Of a stretch of DNA of 64,000 bases, positions 62,571-64,000 are shown in pieces. Under the pieces are notes generated by a model. The model was not told the origin of the DNA. It did no database searches and saw nothing but the letters and a program-made list of their open reading frames with translations. The first letter of the stretch is position 1. Each line of letters starts with the position of its first letter. This DNA comes from Torpedo marmorata (taxonomy: Eukaryota): assembly GCA_977017645.1 (NCBI GenBank), contig OZ360220.1:94054001-94118000 (forward strand), in the 5' to 3' direction. A program made the position numbers and the translations under genes.

Positions 62571-63216
62571 AGTAGGATGTATTGCCTCTCTAACCATTTC
62601 GCAAAGCTTTAAGCGTGCCAATAAAGGGGACGGTTTTGCAAACACAGTGCTTGCTGTCAGCACCGACGATTTTTTTTGAGCTAAGAAATTTGATCATAAT
62701 GAGGTTCAACACAAATGTTAAAATATAAAACTCTGCAAGACTGCAGATTTCCCAGTTATTACAAAGAATGCATAAAGTAGGTTTGAACCAGAGTGACTGG
62801 AGCTTTCGGTCCAGATCACGACCTTTAACATTGGTGAGATGGTTCCCATTGCAGTAACCTGTGATCTAGTTGCCTGTGGATAATCCCGACCAAGGCTTGC
62901 CTGTGCTGCCTGACTGTGTGAGTAAAGCAGCAAGGGTACATGCTGCCCCAGAACTAAAGCCATGGTAAGATGGAGATTACTGCACTATCATTGTCTCATT
63001 GGTTGCTTTTTCTTCAAAGAGGATTTCAGAAGTTTATGTTGTCAACATTTGATCAATTTTAAATTTAGACATACAGCACGGTAACAGGCCCTTCTGGCCC
63101 ACAAGCCCAAATACACCAATTAACCTATAACCCTGTACGTTTTGAAACTCTGTAATTTTCGATGCTCACCATTTTTAGGTTGTATTTTCTGCATTTGTGA
63201 AGGAGACAGCAACTTT

Positions 63217-63422
63217 GAACCATAGAACCATGGAACTCTATAGCACAAAAACAGACCCTTCAGCCCTTCAAGTCTGTGCAAAACTATTATTCTGCCAAGT
63301 CCCACTGACCTGCACCTGGACATATCCCTCCAGACCTCTCCCATCCATGTACCTGTCCAAATTTTTCTTAAATGCCAAAATTGAGCCTGCGTTCACCACT
63401 CAGCTGGCAGCTTGTTCCACAC
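63217..63422 (-). mobile_element. CR1 3' end
   Basis: Reverse complement of 32570-32750. Confidence 0.8.
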
Positions 63423-63675
63423 TTCAGGTGTTTCAGTCCTCCTTGGGCACATCCCTTGACCATTTTATCAGTTCATTGCCGACTATGTTGGTGCTGCTTC
63501 CTGCACCCAGATGGAGCTAGACAATTTCCCCACTTCAGCTGGCAGTTTTCACCCTGCACTCACCTTCATGTCACCACTGAGTCTGACTTTCCCATTTCAT
63601 CGCCATTCTAGCAGGCAGGCAAAACGCCGACCTCCATTACAAACTCTCAGACTCCCACAGCTGCCTGGACCCCAC

Positions 63676-63882
63676 TTTTTTTTTTAGAGATACAGCACGG
63701 TAACAGGCCCTTCCAGCCCATGAGCCTGCGCCACCCAAATACACCCACGTGATCAATTACATTTATAAACACGCCTGTCTTTGGAATGTGGGAGGAAACC
63801 GGAGCCCCCGGAGGAAACCCATCCAGACACGAGGAGAATGTACAAGCTCCTTACAGAGAGCGCCGGATTTGAACCCGGGTCA
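63676..63882 (-). mobile_element. V-SINE copy (a 3' stub also lies at ~63056-63143), followed by a PLE terminal fragment to the window end
   Basis: V-domain match; 63893-64000 matches 9988-10110. Confidence 0.8.
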
Positions 63883-64000
63883 CCAAACACAGTTAAACAA
63901 GAAAATCTGCAGAGGCTGACATCAAGTGCAGTACACAAACATGCTGGAGAAACTTAGTAGGTCATGCAGCATCCATAGGAAGTAACCAACGTTTTGGGCC

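Overview
Eukaryotic, vertebrate DNA, most likely a cartilaginous fish (ray or shark), inferred from the repeat inventory (V-SINE/HE1-like SINEs, esterase-ORF1 CR1, Rex1/Babar, fish-type L1, Penelope-like elements). The window appears to be almost entirely one very large intron of a Cav2.2-type calcium channel gene. The only host exon I recognise is at 61962-62165 (+; end of the I-II linker and IIS1 of CACNA1B). The rest is nested, mostly decayed transposable elements. These include a full-length L1 with TSD, an L1-in-L1-in-CR1 nest, a full-length Gypsy LTR element, three solo LTRs, a non-autonomous Chapaev3-like DNA transposon, and many Penelope-like, CR1, Rex1 and SINE fragments. A ~32 kb domain of 31-bp satellite has higher-order structure and an internal inversion. 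The most interesting signals are (1) a Gypsy element with no tRNA primer site but a perfect 14-nt complement to its own LTR (candidate self-priming), (2) minimal hammerhead-ribozyme motifs in the Penelope-like terminal repeats, including a 143-bp TSD-flanked mini-insert, (3) a YY1-motif array inside the Gypsy coding region, and (4) the satellite architecture. No prokaryotic-type systems (CRISPR, operons) are present. Family names rest on motif recognition by eye; no database search was run, and boundaries without TSDs are approximate.
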